DNA of 64,000 nucleotides from Escherichia coli (GTDB lineage Bacteria; Pseudomonadota; Gammaproteobacteria; Enterobacterales; Enterobacteriaceae): NCBI RefSeq assembly GCF_041248615.1, contig NZ_CP158426.1; one strand, 5' to 3'. Shown piece by piece: positions 49,208 to 62,758 of this stretch (position 1 is its first letter; each line of letters starts with the position of its first letter). The notes under the pieces were generated by a model. It saw only the letters and a program-made list of their open reading frames with translations, ran no database searches and was not told where the DNA came from. The position numbers and the translations under genes were made by a program.

Positions 49208-50623
49208 TTATTTCAGCCCCAGGGCGGCTTTCATGGTGTAGAAGAGATCGGTCTGGTCGGTTAGTCCAACAACATTGGCGGCATGCGGGCCATACGCCGC
49301 AATACGCAACTGACTGCCGGTATGTTCTTGTGAATCCTCTTCGGAGTTCCCGTAACTCATCACCATCACTGCGCCATCTTTGGTATTTAGTGCCTGGGTG
49401 AGGCCCGGCGCTTTGGTGTCCGGCGCGACAATCTGGCTGGCGTGGGCGTGATCAGCGGTGACTATGACCAGCGTGTTGCCATCCTTTTTAGCGAATTCCA
49501 GCGCACGTTGTACGGCTTCATCGAGATCGACCGTCTCGCCAATTTGCCCACAAGGATTCGCAGCGTGATCCTGTTTATCGATGGATGCACCTTCAACTTG
49601 CAGGAAAAAGCCTTTCTCATTTTTACTCAACAATTCAATGGCTTTGTCGGTCATCTGCGCCAGGGTCGGTACGCTGTCATTACGTTGCGGATTAGGCGTA
49701 CAGGTAACTGCGGGCTTGTCGATATTGCCGTGGTACGTTGCTTTCGGTCCTAGCCAGCGCACTGGCATATTGCCGTCAGCAAACAGGCCAAGCAGGGGTT
49801 TTTGCTGATTCGCTTCCGTCACCGCATTTAGCGATGCAGCATCACTCACCAGCTGATAACCACGCGCCTGTGCCTGTTCACGCAGCGTTTTTCCCTGCCA
49901 TTCGCCAGCGGTTGCCGTTTCAGCAAAGGTTTTTGCGCCGCCGCCAAGCGTAACATCGGCACGGGCGTTAAGCAGCTGTTCGGTAATCGATCCTCTCCCG
50001 CCTTTTTCCAGAGCGTTATCCGGACATTTTTCACTGGTCGCGCTCGGACCGTAGCATTTGCGCGAGGTCACATGCGCCACCAGCGCGGCGGGCGTGGCAT
50101 CCTGCAACTCTGCGGTAGAAACGTTACCGGTCGCCAGACCTGCGGCTTTTGCCATTTCCAGAATCGTTGGGTGATCTTTTTCGTGAATATCGACGCCCAG
50201 CGCACCGTTATAGGTTTTGACACCAGTTGACCAGGCGGTTGCTGATGCAGCCGAGTCGGTAACGTAGTCCGGTTTGCCGGTTTTTTTATTCAGCGCATAG
50301 TGTGTGTATTGTCCGGTAAGCGGTAAGGCATCGATACCTTTAAAAAAGCCGCCCGCACCTTCGGCATAATTGCGTGCAGCAGTAATTTCCGAGTCCCCCA
50401 TCCCATCGCCAATCAGCAAAATAATATTTTTGGCAGGTTTATCGCTAAGAGAATCACGCAGAGCGGCGGTCTGATCACCCGTTAAGCGGCGAGCACCGCC
50501 GGGTGCAGTAATATCTCCCTGAGCAGCCCGGTTTTCCAGAACAGGCATTTCTGGTGTCCGGGCTTTTGTCACAGGGGTAAACAGTAACGGTAAGAGTGCC
50601 AGTGCAATAGTGCTTTGTTTCAC
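49208..50623 (-). CDS. phoA: alkaline phosphatase
   Basis: 471-aa precursor from GTG ([21 protein letters not shown] signal peptide); active-site DSAAS. Confidence 0.95.
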   Translation of the reverse strand: MKQSTIALALLPLLFTPVTKARTPEMPVLENRAAQGDITAPGGARRLTGDQTAALRDSLSDKPAKNIILLIGDGMGDSEITAARNYAEGAGGFFKGIDALPLTGQYTHYALNKKTGKPDYVTDSAASATAWSTGVKTYNGALGVDIHEKDHPTILEMAKAAGLATGNVSTAELQDATPAALVAHVTSRKCYGPSATSEKCPDNALEKGGRGSITEQLLNARADVTLGGGAKTFAETATAGEWQGKTLREQAQARGYQLVSDAASLNAVTEANQQKPLLGLFADGNMPVRWLGPKATYHGNIDKPAVTCTPNPQRNDSVPTLAQMTDKAIELLSKNEKGFFLQVEGASIDKQDHAANPCGQIGETVDLDEAVQRALEFAKKDGNTLVIVTADHAHASQIVAPDTKAPGLTQALNTKDGAVMVMSYGNSEEDSQEHTGSQLRIAAYGPHAANVVGLTDQTDLFYTMKAALGLK

Positions 50624-50683
50624 TTTATTTTCTCCATGTACAAATACATTAAAAAATAAAAACAAAGCGACTATAAGTCTCGG

Positions 50684-50705
50684 CCGTGACAGCTTTATGA
50701 CAGCT
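50684..50705 (-). promoter_or_regulatory. Pho box upstream of phoA
   Basis: minus-strand CTGTCATAAAGCTGTCACGGCC about 60-80 bp upstream of the phoA GTG start. Confidence 0.8.
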
Positions 50706-50723
50706 GTTGAAAAGATTAACTTT

Positions 50724-50984
50724 TTACTGACGAGGATGCTTCAATAACTTCTTTACATAATTGCGCAGCAGCTCCGTATCGTCGTCAGGAATGCTGGCAT
50801 CGGGCTTTACCTCGTACAGCGCCCCCTCTACCTGATCAATCAACCTTTGTTGGTCATTTTGCGCCATATTGCGAAGCATTGCAGTGACGATAATCTCCAA
50901 AGCTTCTACCTGCGCGCACAGTTCTTTCGACTCTTCTTCTTTTTGGGCAAGCTTAAATAACAACTCAGCAATGAGATTTTTCAT
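50724..50984 (-). CDS. iraP: anti-adaptor protein IraP
   Basis: 86-aa product [22 protein letters not shown]... Confidence 0.85.
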   Translation of the reverse strand: MKNLIAELLFKLAQKEEESKELCAQVEALEIIVTAMLRNMAQNDQQRLIDQVEGALYEVKPDASIPDDDTELLRNYVKKLLKHPRQ

Positions 50985-51446
50985 GTCTGTATTTCCTTAT
51001 CCAAAGTATGGAGAAGTTAACATTATGTTTCACAACTTCATAGTGTCTGGAAGTATTATTTTTATGACAAAGGAAATACTTTGCGCAAATATTTTTTGTT
51101 TGATTACCAGCGAAACGTTTCTCTTATTTTAATAATTACCCACACAAAATATAGGCTTTTAATTATCAACCTTTATTATAAATAAAAGTTATGAAATATA
51201 TTCTCTTCGTAAACTTATAATTAAGAGAAAAAAACTCACTGCATGGCCATACAAGCCAGGAATAAATTAGCTTCCCGTTCATCATTTTTGTGATCTTGCG
51301 CACATCATTGAGATAACGCGCTTTCTTCACCAGTACGTTGCACGCTTTGTCAGCAGAAGATTGCAACATTCTGTCAGAAGGCCGCGAATCCCCCGTTTTG
51401 TCGTGGTAATGTATGCACTTTGTGTTAGACGGGATAGGTTTTTAAG

Positions 51447-52541
51447 ATGGAAAAACTGCGGGTAGGAATCGTTTTTGGTGGTAAATCAGCGGAACATGAA
51501 GTGTCTCTGCAATCGGCAAAAAACATTGTCGATGCCATTGATAAAAGTCGCTTCGACGTTGTGCTGCTGGGCATTGATAAACAAGGGCAATGGCACGTCA
51601 GCGATGCCAGCAATTATCTGCTAAATGCAGACGATCCTGCCCATATTGCGTTGCGCCCTTCGGCGACCAGCCTTGCGCAGGTGCCTGGTAAACATGAACA
51701 TCAGCTTATCGACGCGCAAAACGGTCAGCCGTTGCCGACGGTGGATGTCATTTTCCCGATTGTCCACGGTACGCTGGGCGAAGATGGTTCCTTGCAGGGA
51801 ATGCTGCGGGTCGCCAATTTACCGTTTGTAGGTTCTGATGTTCTGGCTTCAGCGGCCTGTATGGATAAAGATGTCACCAAACGTCTGCTGCGCGATGCCG
51901 GGCTGAACATTGCGCCATTTATTACCCTGACGCGCGCTAATCGTCACAACATCAGTTTTGCCGAAGTGGAGTCTAAACTGGGGTTACCGCTGTTTGTAAA
52001 ACCGGCTAATCAGGGCTCTTCTGTTGGTGTCAGCAAAGTAACCAGTGAAGAACAGTACGCAATTGCCGTCGATCTGGCGTTCGAGTTCGACCATAAAGTG
52101 ATCGTTGAGCAAGGGATCAAAGGTCGTGAGATCGAATGCGCAGTTCTGGGCAACGACAATCCGCAAGCCAGCACCTGTGGCGAGATCGTACTCACCAGCG
52201 ATTTTTATGCCTACGACACCAAGTACATTGACGAAGATGGCGCGAAAGTGGTAGTTCCGGCAGCCATTGCGCCAGAAATCAACGATAAGATCCGGGCGAT
52301 TGCCGTTCAGGCTTATCAGACGTTGGGATGCGCAGGCATGGCGCGTGTAGACGTGTTTTTAACCCCAGAGAACGAAGTGGTGATCAACGAGATCAACACA
52401 CTGCCTGGCTTCACCAACATCAGTATGTATCCGAAGCTGTGGCAAGCCAGCGGTCTGGGTTACACCGACCTGATCACCCGTTTGATTGAGCTGGCGCTGG
52501 AGCGTCACGCTGCGGATAACGCATTGAAAACCACAATGTAA
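51447..52541 (+). CDS. ddlA: D-alanine--D-alanine ligase A
   Basis: 364-aa product [26 protein letters not shown]... Confidence 0.9.
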   Translation: MEKLRVGIVFGGKSAEHEVSLQSAKNIVDAIDKSRFDVVLLGIDKQGQWHVSDASNYLLNADDPAHIALRPSATSLAQVPGKHEHQLIDAQNGQPLPTVDVIFPIVHGTLGEDGSLQGMLRVANLPFVGSDVLASAACMDKDVTKRLLRDAGLNIAPFITLTRANRHNISFAEVESKLGLPLFVKPANQGSSVGVSKVTSEEQYAIAVDLAFEFDHKVIVEQGIKGREIECAVLGNDNPQASTCGEIVLTSDFYAYDTKYIDEDGAKVVVPAAIAPEINDKIRAIAVQAYQTLGCAGMARVDVFLTPENEVVINEINTLPGFTNISMYPKLWQASGLGYTDLITRLIELALERHAADNALKTTM

Positions 52542-52564
52542 TATTTAAACGCCCGATAATATTC

Positions 52565-52777
52565 TTATTGGGCGTTTTCAGTTTCTTCATCGCGACGACG
52601 AATAATCAGCCCCGCCAGCCAGAAACTAATCACCCACGTCACCAGACCGACGGCATAGGTCTGCCAACCTTTTGCTTCAAATCCCAGTAACCCCACCACG
52701 CCATTAAGAATGAATATAAGGCCAATGGCGAACGCATAGTAGTGCCAGTCACGGCGGATTTTTACAGGCAAGTTCAT
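52565..52777 (-). CDS. yaiZ: small membrane protein YaiZ
   Basis: about 70-aa hydrophobic product MNLPVKIRRDWHYYAFAIGLIF...; longer ORF-track frame trimmed. Confidence 0.6.
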   Translation of the reverse strand: MNLPVKIRRDWHYYAFAIGLIFILNGVVGLLGFEAKGWQTYAVGLVTWVISFWLAGLIIRRRDEETENAQ

Positions 52778-53036
52778 GGCAGCTCCGTTAACGAAAAACA
52801 ACATCCTTGCATATTCTGCAACATCCGTCTGTGGCGTAGACAACATTTCCGTAATTGTTAATAAATTTAACTTAAGGTTGTCATTTTGTGACTTACGACG
52901 AAGATTCACGCTTCGGGAATATTCCCAACATCAATTTACCATGATTCTGATATTGACAATCTTAATGACCTGTCAGACTTGCCATAAGCCGCTGGTATCA
53001 CACCAGAAGAGAAGCAGATGACTTCCGGAGGTTTTT

Positions 53037-53345
53037 ATGGCTGATTTCACCCTGTCAAAATCGCTGTTTAGCGGAAAATATCGCAATGCCTCTTCAACGC
53101 CTGGCAACATTGCCTATGCGTTGTTTGTGCTGTTTTGCTTTTGGGCTGGGGCGCAATTGCTGAACCTGTTAGTGCATGCGCCCGGCGTCTATGAGCGCTT
53201 AATGCAGGTCCAGGAAACAGGTCGCCCACGGGTGGAAATTGGTTTAGGTGTCGGCACCATTTTCGGGCTGATCCCGTTTTTAGTAGGCTGCCTCATTTTT
53301 GCAGTAGTGGCGCTATGGCTGCACTGGCGACATCGCCGCCAGTAA
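53037..53345 (+). CDS. yaiY: inner membrane protein YaiY
   Basis: 102-aa product [21 protein letters not shown]... Confidence 0.75.
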
Positions 53346-53402
53346 GATTTACTTGCCAGATAGGACCTAAAACGCTTTATCTGGCATGACATTCCTGTTT
53401 GA

Positions 53403-54497
53403 TCACTGTTTCATACAACGCGCCCGCCGTTCGTCTACGCGCTTCGCAAACCAGGCCGTAGTCAGGTTGCGGGTGATTTTCGGGCTTTCCAGTTGAATGC
53501 CAGGCAACATTTCGCGGGGTAGTGATTTACCCGTTTTCGCTTCGGCAAGTTGATAAACTTTCTTGTACAGCGCCGTCTCCTCAAAAGAGAAGCTGTCCCC
53601 TTTCTCTAACTGGCGGCGAATTTCACTGTCACTCATCCCCAGTTTTCCCGCCAGTTTGCGCGTTGCCAGTTCGGTTTTCCCGGGCTCTTTACTGTCGTAA
53701 CGAATTAAATCACCGTCCAGTGCCAGCTTCACGCCGCTGGCTTTACTGACCGCGTTCTGAAACGCGGCATTACGGCTGGCGTACCAGCCAGCGTTAAAAT
53801 CAGCAAAACGGTATATCGGCGCGCTATAGCTGGCGGGATAATTCAGTAAATGGTAAGTACCAAACCACAACCCGCCGCGACGACTGAAGACTTCCTGACG
53901 GACTGTACCGTCCATTTTCCACGGATACCCTTTGGTATGCTGTTCGGCAAAGGCAATGCTGACCTGCATCGGCCCACCGGTGCGCACCGGATTAAGCGAA
54001 CCAAACAACGTCTGCCCCATTGGCACCATGCTGATCAGATCGTCAAAAATCGCGCTCAATTGCTTTTCTGTACGCACCGAATCTAACCGTTCGCTATAGC
54101 TTTTGCCGTTTGGCGATTTGATTTTTAGCGCGGTATGCACCAGAAAAGCAGGAATGTGCATCCGTTCAGCACGACGGTCAATCTCTTGCCAGGCGATCTT
54201 GCTTAAGCCCGGAACGGCTGGATCTGCCTGATAATTTGACTCCTGCTGCGCCACCGCCAGCACCGAGCAGACGTTTTCCAGCGTCGGTGCCAGCCCCTGA
54301 CTTTCAAACGTGGTGGCGAGATCTTTCGCCCAGGCATCGCGGTCTTTCACGCTCGCAGGCATCTTCTGCCGCACGACGCTCGCCACATCTATCGCTTTTT
54401 CGCCCTTTTTCAACGGTTGCGGAGCCTGACTACTACACCCCGCTAAAACCAGAACCGCCAACAATGACAGCGAAGATAGATGATTGACGCGCGACAT
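53403..54497 (-). CDS. yaiW: lipoprotein YaiW
   Basis: 364-aa product with lipoprotein signal (...LAGCSS); directly downstream of sbmA. Confidence 0.8.
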   Translation of the reverse strand: MSRVNHLSSLSLLAVLVLAGCSSQAPQPLKKGEKAIDVASVVRQKMPASVKDRDAWAKDLATTFESQGLAPTLENVCSVLAVAQQESNYQADPAVPGLSKIAWQEIDRRAERMHIPAFLVHTALKIKSPNGKSYSERLDSVRTEKQLSAIFDDLISMVPMGQTLFGSLNPVRTGGPMQVSIAFAEQHTKGYPWKMDGTVRQEVFSRRGGLWFGTYHLLNYPASYSAPIYRFADFNAGWYASRNAAFQNAVSKASGVKLALDGDLIRYDSKEPGKTELATRKLAGKLGMSDSEIRRQLEKGDSFSFEETALYKKVYQLAEAKTGKSLPREMLPGIQLESPKITRNLTTAWFAKRVDERRARCMKQ

Positions 54498-54509
54498 TAC
54501 TTCTCCTTT

Positions 54510-55730
54510 TTAGCTCAAGGTATGGGTTACTTCCTGAATTTTGTCACCATCCAGCTCATGTTCAAAGCTGCGCAGACGTTTGTAGATAGACATCAACTCA
54601 ACCAGTGTGGTCCATGAGTTAATCAGGTACTGGAAAGCTCCGCGAACCTGACCAAAAACGTTGGTAATCTGCGTCATCAGGCCGAGCGTAATCGTACCGG
54701 CAACAATTGACGGAAACAGCAAGAACAAACCGAAAACGTTATCGACCTGCAAATAGAGAATGCGGGCGATGTTGAAATACATATAGTGAAAATAGAGGCG
54801 GAAATAGTTTTTCCGTACGGCGCTAAACAGCTCGCGTACCGTAGGCGGCGTCGCGCGCGTGGCATCGTCTTCACCATAAACCAGCTCTTTACGGTAGGCA
54901 GCCTCTACACGCTGGTTTTTAAACTCCAGCCCCGGCAGTTTGATCCCTACCACTGCCAGTAATCCGGTCCCCATCAGCGACCAGACGATAGCGGCAATCA
55001 CCAGACCATACGGAATGTGCCCGACAATCGGCAGCTCCGGCACATGCGCGGAGAGCGTTACCAGCACCGGCAGGAAGGCGATCAACGTCATGATAGCGTT
55101 GATAAAGCTGACGCCCATATTCTCCAGCGTTGAAGCAAAACGCATGGTGTCTTCCTGCACGCGTTGGGCGGCACCTTCGATATGACGCAGTTGTTGCCAG
55201 TTCGCCATGTAATATTCGTTCATCGCTGTACGCCAGCGGAACACGTAGTGACTGACAAAGAAGTTGTTCAGCACACTGATCACTACCGCGATCAGCGCAA
55301 TCCCCAGAAAGACGCCCACTTCGCGGTAAAATTGTTCGATGGTGACTTTATGCGGCGAACTTAGCGCGGTTTGAATCAGATCATAGAACGGCGCATACCA
55401 GGCGTTGACGGCGACCCCGACTTCCACCAAAAACCAGGTGACGAAGATGATCAGTGCAGTACCGAGTATTGACCAATATTGCCAACGATGCGGGCTGTAG
55501 ATAAACCAGAACAATGCAAAAAGTCCTACGCAAACAATGTAGTAAGCGTAAAAAATCAGGAAATCTAACGACCAGAAACGCGCGGCGCTAATCGGGATCT
55601 GCCCGGAAGCTCCGGTGATACACGCCACCCAGTCACCCCCACCTGCTTGCCAGAAGATAACGGCAATCAATGCCCAAACAAAGGCCGAGAGAAAAAACGG
55701 TCCCGGCTTTGGGAAAAAAGACTTAAACAT
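54510..55730 (-). CDS. sbmA: peptide antibiotic transporter SbmA
   Basis: 406-aa polytopic membrane protein [24 protein letters not shown]... Confidence 0.9.
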   Translation of the reverse strand: MFKSFFPKPGPFFLSAFVWALIAVIFWQAGGGDWVACITGASGQIPISAARFWSLDFLIFYAYYIVCVGLFALFWFIYSPHRWQYWSILGTALIIFVTWFLVEVGVAVNAWYAPFYDLIQTALSSPHKVTIEQFYREVGVFLGIALIAVVISVLNNFFVSHYVFRWRTAMNEYYMANWQQLRHIEGAAQRVQEDTMRFASTLENMGVSFINAIMTLIAFLPVLVTLSAHVPELPIVGHIPYGLVIAAIVWSLMGTGLLAVVGIKLPGLEFKNQRVEAAYRKELVYGEDDATRATPPTVRELFSAVRKNYFRLYFHYMYFNIARILYLQVDNVFGLFLLFPSIVAGTITLGLMTQITNVFGQVRGAFQYLINSWTTLVELMSIYKRLRSFEHELDGDKIQEVTHTLS

Positions 55731-56081
55731 ATGCACTCCTGCTAACTTCTTATCGTTTTAACAACTGCTGTGTATTAACCGCATGACCGCTACAAAGCGT
55801 CAGCCAAATGAAACCGCCCATTGTGACCCATAGCAAGGCGCTTAGTTCGCCAGCCTGAGCATAAGAATTGTTTCGACGGATTTCACAAACCAAAGATTGT
55901 TTACATAATCGGATTAACACGCGCAGGATCACAAATGCAGGCATTGGTGAGCAGGAAAAAGATCGTGTTTACGCGCCGTTACGTTTTTAACACTATTATT
56001 GCACTAATTCGCCCTTTGCAATCCATCAATGAGTAGTATAAATACGCTCAGTTACCTTCATTCAATCTATGGACACCACCG

Positions 56082-57239
56082 TTGAAACGTAGTCTGCTTT
56101 TTTCTGCCGTGCTGTGTGCGGCGTCATTGACCTCCGTCCATGCGGCGCAGCCGATCACTGAACCGGAGTTTGCCTCTGATATTGTCGATCGTTATGCCGA
56201 TCATATTTTTTACGGCAGCGGTGCCACGGGGATGGCGCTGGTAGTTATCGACGGTAACCAGCGCGTCTTTCGCAGTTATGGCGAAACGCGACCTGGTAAT
56301 AACGTTCGCCCGCAGCTGGATTCGGTCATACGTATTGCTTCCCTCACCAAGCTAATGACCAGTGAGATGCTGGTGAAATTGCTCGACCAGGGGACCGTGA
56401 AGTTAAACGATCCGCTAAGTAAATATGCTCCGCCAGGCGCACGCGTACCGACTTACAATGGGACGCCCATTACGCTGGTGAATCTGGCAACCCATACCAG
56501 CGCCCTGCCCCGTGAACAGCCCGGTGGCGCGGCACATCGTCCGGTATTTGTCTGGCCAACGCGCGAGCAACGCTGGAAATACCTTTCTACGGCGAAGCTG
56601 AAAGCCGCGCCAGGCAGTCAGGCGGCGTACTCTAACCTTGCGTTCGACCTGCTGGCAGATGCACTGGCGAATGCGTCCGGCAAGCCTTATACCCAGTTGT
56701 TTGAAGAGCAGATTACCCGTCCATTGGGGATGAAAGACACCACCTACACTCCCTCACCGGATCAGTGCCGCCGTTTAATGGTTGCTGAGCGCGGTGCCAG
56801 TCCGTGCAATAACACGCTGGCGGCAATTGGCAGCGGCGGCGTCTATTCCACGCCTGGCGATATGATGCGCTGGATGCAGCAGTATTTGTCATCCGATTTT
56901 TATCAGCGCAGTAACCAGGCTGATCGCATGCAGACGTTGATTTATCAGCGCGCGCAGTTTACGAAAGTGATTGGCATGGATGTCCCCGGCAAAGCGGATG
57001 CGCTTGGTTTAGGCTGGGTATATATGGCCCCGAAAGAGGGTCGTCCGGGGATTATTCAGAAGACAGGTGGTGGTGGCGGTTTCATTACCTATATGGCGAT
57101 GATCCCGCAGAAGAATATTGGCGCGTTTGTGGTGGTCACTCGTTCGCCGTTGACGCGCTTTAAAAATATGAGCGATGGCATCAATGACCTGGTGACCGAG
57201 CTAAGCGGGAATAAACCGTTGGTTATCCCCGCATCCTGA
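56082..57239 (+). CDS. ampH: penicillin-binding protein / D-alanyl-D-alanine carboxypeptidase AmpH
   Basis: 385-aa product; signal peptide; serine beta-lactamase S-x-x-K motif (ASLTK). Confidence 0.85.
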   Translation: MKRSLLFSAVLCAASLTSVHAAQPITEPEFASDIVDRYADHIFYGSGATGMALVVIDGNQRVFRSYGETRPGNNVRPQLDSVIRIASLTKLMTSEMLVKLLDQGTVKLNDPLSKYAPPGARVPTYNGTPITLVNLATHTSALPREQPGGAAHRPVFVWPTREQRWKYLSTAKLKAAPGSQAAYSNLAFDLLADALANASGKPYTQLFEEQITRPLGMKDTTYTPSPDQCRRLMVAERGASPCNNTLAAIGSGGVYSTPGDMMRWMQQYLSSDFYQRSNQADRMQTLIYQRAQFTKVIGMDVPGKADALGLGWVYMAPKEGRPGIIQKTGGGGGFITYMAMIPQKNIGAFVVVTRSPLTRFKNMSDGINDLVTELSGNKPLVIPAS

Positions 57240-57922
<683 letters not shown>

Positions 57923-57955
57923 AACCTATTTCTTCAGAGTGAAGAATATTACCAA

Positions 57956-58149
<194 letters not shown>

Positions 58150-58150
58150 A

Positions 58151-58271
<121 letters not shown>

Positions 58272-58272
58272 T

Positions 58273-58316
<44 letters not shown>

Positions 58317-58326
58317 CGCTGCCGTA

Positions 58327-58445
<119 letters not shown>

Positions 58446-58468
58446 GGTCGTTGTTGAAGTGAGAGTAG

Positions 58469-58604
<136 letters not shown>

Positions 58605-60599
58605 TCCACTTAGCGTTGTTACCGTCAATTTTGGTATCAACACCGACCATGATGCCGTTTACATCCTGATCATAGTTGATGGTGCCGTTGTCGCCGTTGA
58701 AGTTACCACCGAAGTAGCTTACCCATGCGCCGCCGTTATCAGCCAGGCCATGACGAGAGTTGGTCAGACGAGTACCAACGGTGTCTTGTTCCAGGTTCCA
58801 GATATTGGTGTTCGCAGACGGGATGCTCAGCGCCATGTTAGCGTAGTCGGTCAGCTCCATCTGTTGCAGAACAACGGTGTTACCACGCTGTTCAGCCTGA
58901 TAGGTGTATGCACCCAGGTCAGCTTTGTTAGCAGCAGAGAAGGTCGCGTTGCTGTTTTTGTCGTTAACGTAGATCAGCTCGTTGCCGTTGTAGTCAGCGA
59001 TAGAACCAGCACCTGTAGCGTTGTCGATACGAACTTTGTAGTTACCGGTTGCAGCTGCAACATGGTCACCGTTGTTATCAACTTCGTTCTGACCAGCTTC
59101 GATAGAAGCAGTGTTGTCGTTATCGCCGTTACCGTTAATGGTCAGGTGACCATCAGAGTTCATTGCGATTAAGCCATAACCGTAGTTTGACTTGGTAGTA
59201 TCGTTGGTACGGTCGTTGGTCAGGTCGGCATCAAGTACGAAGCGGTTGCTTTCGATGTTGAACACACCAGCGTGAATGTTACCACTGGTATCAGTAGTGC
59301 TGGTCAGGTTCAGAGTATCAACCTGCAGAGCATTCGCCGCAGTGTTACCGACATTCAGAATACCGTCGTTAGTCACTTTGATGTTGTTGGCATACAGAGC
59401 AGCATCACCTACAGCCCAACCAGCAGAAACTTCATCAGAAATGGTTACGGTACTGTTGTCGACAGTCAGTGAATCAGTTGCAACATGACCATCTTCGTTG
59501 ATGTTCAGCGCAGAAAGACCAGTCAGAGAGATAGAGTCAGAAATCAGCGTTGAATCAGCAACATTAACAGTTGAACCACTATTGATGCTCAGAGTATCAA
59601 TCAGAGAAGCTTTGGTGGTATCCCACTGTGAACCGGTGTTCAGGGTCACATTGAACAGACCGCTCTGGTAAACTTCGTTACCGATGATGTGATCAAATTC
59701 GCTGTATTCAGAGTCGCTGTTTTCTACACCAACAGTTGATGAAGGCCACAGGCTGTTAGCTGCGATGTCGATCAGAGTTGCAGTGGCTTCAGTATTGATT
59801 CCATATGTATAGGAGTCATTTACACCATCGTCATCAGTATCAACACCAATCTGATGCGCAGACATTGCCGCACCGACCCACTTGCTGCCATTATTCAGGG
59901 TCAGATCCAGGCGATCAGTACCATCCCAACCGTTAGTATCTACATCACCGTCGGCATCACGATAGCTATCACGACCATGTGGGAAGAAGTTCTCATCAAA
60001 GTTACTTGAGAAGAATACATCGCCCATCAAAGTGGAATTGTCGAATGTTGCAGTGGTTTGCATGGCGTTATCAGCATATGGATGTGCAATAACAGCTAAT
60101 GCAACATCATCAGCATTCCACCCATCACCATTGTAATCGCTGGCATTACCTGTATTACCGAACCAACCAGTAGTACCTTCATCAGTCCATGAACCAGAGG
60201 TCACGGTTGAATCTTTAACAGTGATGGTGTTATTAAATACTTCGCTGCTGTTTACACCAGTGCTGACAGTATTGTCGTCGATATCTTCCCACTCATAACC
60301 CTGAGTCAGAGTAATACCTGCGACGTGAGAGTTATTAGAGATGGACAGATCAACTTCCTGATCCAGAGTAATAGCAGTACCAATGTTATATACGTTTACA
60401 ACATGAGTATCAGCGGCATTATTGTAAGTGCCGTTATATGTGTAATGTTCGTAGTTGTCGTCGATCGTTGAATTATCAACGGTCAGCGCCAGACGATCAT
60501 GGTAGTAGTCATCCGCACGATCAGCACAATCAGTTGTCATGCACTCGGAATAAATCATGCCGTGAATAGTGCTGTTTTTGATTGTCAGTGGATTTGCCC

Positions 60600-61505
60600 C
60601 TATATTTCCAGACACCTGTTATCACTTAACCCATTACTGGCCTGCTGCCGCAGATATTCCCGTGGCGAGCGATAACCCAGTGCACTATGCGGATGCCATT
60701 CGTTATAATGCTCGAACGCCTCTGCAAGGTTCTTTGCTGCCGTTAACCCGTCTGGTTTAGGCATGATACTGATGTAGTCACGCTTTATCGTTTTCACGAA
60801 GCTCTCTGCTATGCCGTTACTCTCCGGACTCCGCACCGCCGTGTTCTTCGGTTCAAGCCCCAATATCCGGGCAAACTGCCGTGTTTCATTAGCCCGGTAG
60901 CATGAACCATTATCCGTCAGCCACTCTACTGGAGACGCCGGAAGCTCGTTGCCGAAGCGGCGTTCCACCGCTCCCAGCATGACGTCCTGTACTGTTTCAC
61001 TGTCGAAGCCGCCCGTAGTGACTGCCCAGTGCAGTGCCTCACGGTCACAGCAGTCCAGCGCGAACGTGACTCGCAGTTTTTCTCCGTTATCACAGCGGAA
61101 CTCGAACCCGTCAGAGCACCATCGTTGATTGCTTTCTTTCACGGCCACTTTGCCAGTATGTGCCCGTTTCGATGGCGGTACAGCGGTTTTTCGCTCAAGC
61201 AACAGCGCATTCTGGCGCATGATCCGGTAAACACGTTTGGCATTGATCGCAGGCGTACCATCAAGTTCGGCCTGTCTGCGAAGCAGCGCCCATACCCGAC
61301 GATAACCATACGTGGGCAGCTCTCCGATAACATGGTGTATACGGAGAAGCACATCCGTATCATCTGAGTGACGGCTGCGGCGACCATCTTTCCAGTCATC
61401 GGTTCGTCTGAGAATTACGTGCAACTGCGCACGCGACACCCGGAGACAACGGCTGACTAAGCTTACTCCCCATCCCCGGGCAATAAGGGCGCGTGCGCTA
61501 TCCAC
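60600..61505 (-). CDS. insD: IS2 transposase OrfB (InsD), DDE integrase domain
   Basis: 301-aa product; overlaps insC 3' end, the usual IS3-family arrangement for a -1 frameshift fusion. Confidence 0.9.
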   Translation of the reverse strand: MDSARALIARGWGVSLVSRCLRVSRAQLHVILRRTDDWKDGRRSRHSDDTDVLLRIHHVIGELPTYGYRRVWALLRRQAELDGTPAINAKRVYRIMRQNALLLERKTAVPPSKRAHTGKVAVKESNQRWCSDGFEFRCDNGEKLRVTFALDCCDREALHWAVTTGGFDSETVQDVMLGAVERRFGNELPASPVEWLTDNGSCYRANETRQFARILGLEPKNTAVRSPESNGIAESFVKTIKRDYISIMPKPDGLTAAKNLAEAFEHYNEWHPHSALGYRSPREYLRQQASNGLSDNRCLEI

Positions 61506-61828
61506 TTTTTTGCACGCCCGTATTCAACGGCTTCTTTAAGGAGTTCATTTTCCATCGTTTTTTTGCCGAGCAGGCGCTGGAGTTCTTTAATCTGCTTCAT
61601 GGCAGCAGCAAGTTCAGAGGCAGGAACGACCTGCTCTCCTGCGGCCACAGCAGTAAGACTTCCCTCCTGGTATTGCTTGCGCCAGAGAAATAACTGGCTG
61701 GCTGCCACACCGTGTTGCCGGGCAACAAGGGAGACCTTCATTCCCGGTTCAAAACTCTGCTGAACAATAGCGATCTTTTCCTGTGTAGTACGCCGTCTGC
61801 GTTTCTCCGGTCCTAAGACATCAATCAT
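61463..61828 (-). CDS. insC: IS2 transposase OrfA (InsC)
   Basis: 121-aa product [30 protein letters not shown]... recognised as IS2 InsC. Confidence 0.9.
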   Translation of the reverse strand: MIDVLGPEKRRRRTTQEKIAIVQQSFEPGMKVSLVARQHGVAASQLFLWRKQYQEGSLTAVAAGEQVVPASELAAAMKQIKELQRLLGKKTMENELLKEAVEYGRAKKWIAHAPLLPGDGE

Positions 61829-62758
61829 CTGCTCTCCAATGACTAGTCTAAAAACTAGTATTAAGACTATCACTTATTTAAGTGATATTGGTTGTCTGGA
61901 GATTCATGGGGCCAGTCTAGTCAGGCTATTGGCGTTGGTATTAGTAGAAATACCATCGTCCAGATAGTAGGTAGAAATCACGCCGTTAACGGTAGCGTTA
62001 TTAATGACCGGATAGATATCGCCGTTGTAATAACTATCAGCGGCATAGTTATTCCAGCCTACATAACCATCATAGTAAACGTCATCAGCATAGGTGGCGT
62101 CGTTGTAGTGATGGAAAGTATTGTAAGTTTGACCAGAAATATCGTTGGTCGCTGCATTAGCCTGAGAGGTGATAGCCAGAGTGCAAGCCAATGCTAATTG
62201 TGATACTACAAGTTTCTTTTTCCAGGAGTGCATTTGTCATCCCTCCTCAGGGACGTAATAAGTTGATCCATCAATTATCAATGCATAGAAAACATATTAT
62301 GTTTCGCGTTGACGATTATGCGGCGTTATAGAGGAATGGTTCAATTATTCTTTCCCCTAAGTCCGATTGCGGACATATATAAAGCACGTGAACACACACA
62401 CAGAAAGAAATAACAAAAACACAATATTTCAATACGTTAATGAAAGCGTTAATTTTAAAACATAGACCATGAAAATATAAAACAACTAAAACAGACAAAT
62501 AATGTATCAATAAGCAATGAACTTTAAGTTATACGCTTTTTGAAAACGTCACCAAATCCCCAAAAACAATAATCTATGGCTATAAATAAAAATTAAAAAT
62601 ATTTTCAGTGAATATGAAATTATTGCTATTTCTTTTACAAAGATGTCCTGGCCTCTCTTCCATTCTCTTCTTGTCAACATCGCGACAACTTTCGTAAAAC
62701 ATCCCCACCCTGCTTCAGGTATACTATGCCCCTCGATTCCACAAACATCAGGCAGACC

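Larger units (their letters stand above)
60589..61919 (-). mobile_element. IS2 (IS3 family), complete 1331-bp copy
   Basis: ends TGGATTTGCCCC... and ...GGGGCCAGTCTA; flanked by 5-bp direct repeat GTCAG (60584-60588 and 61920-61924); encodes InsC and InsD. Confidence 0.9.

Noticed and set aside
51166-51369. 67-aa ORF in the AT-rich iraP-ddlA intergenic region
   Set aside because: Lies in divergent promoter DNA; no ribosome-binding site or conservation evidence visible.
60600-61873. Expectation that the element in yaiT is IS3 (as I remember for K-12)
   Set aside because: The encoded proteins are IS2 InsC/InsD ([18 protein letters not shown]...) and the termini and 1331-bp length fit IS2.
62234-62758. 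AT-rich region with short (AC)n run upstream of yaiT and hemB
   Set aside because: Looks like ordinary AT-rich divergent promoter DNA; too short and featureless to call an element.
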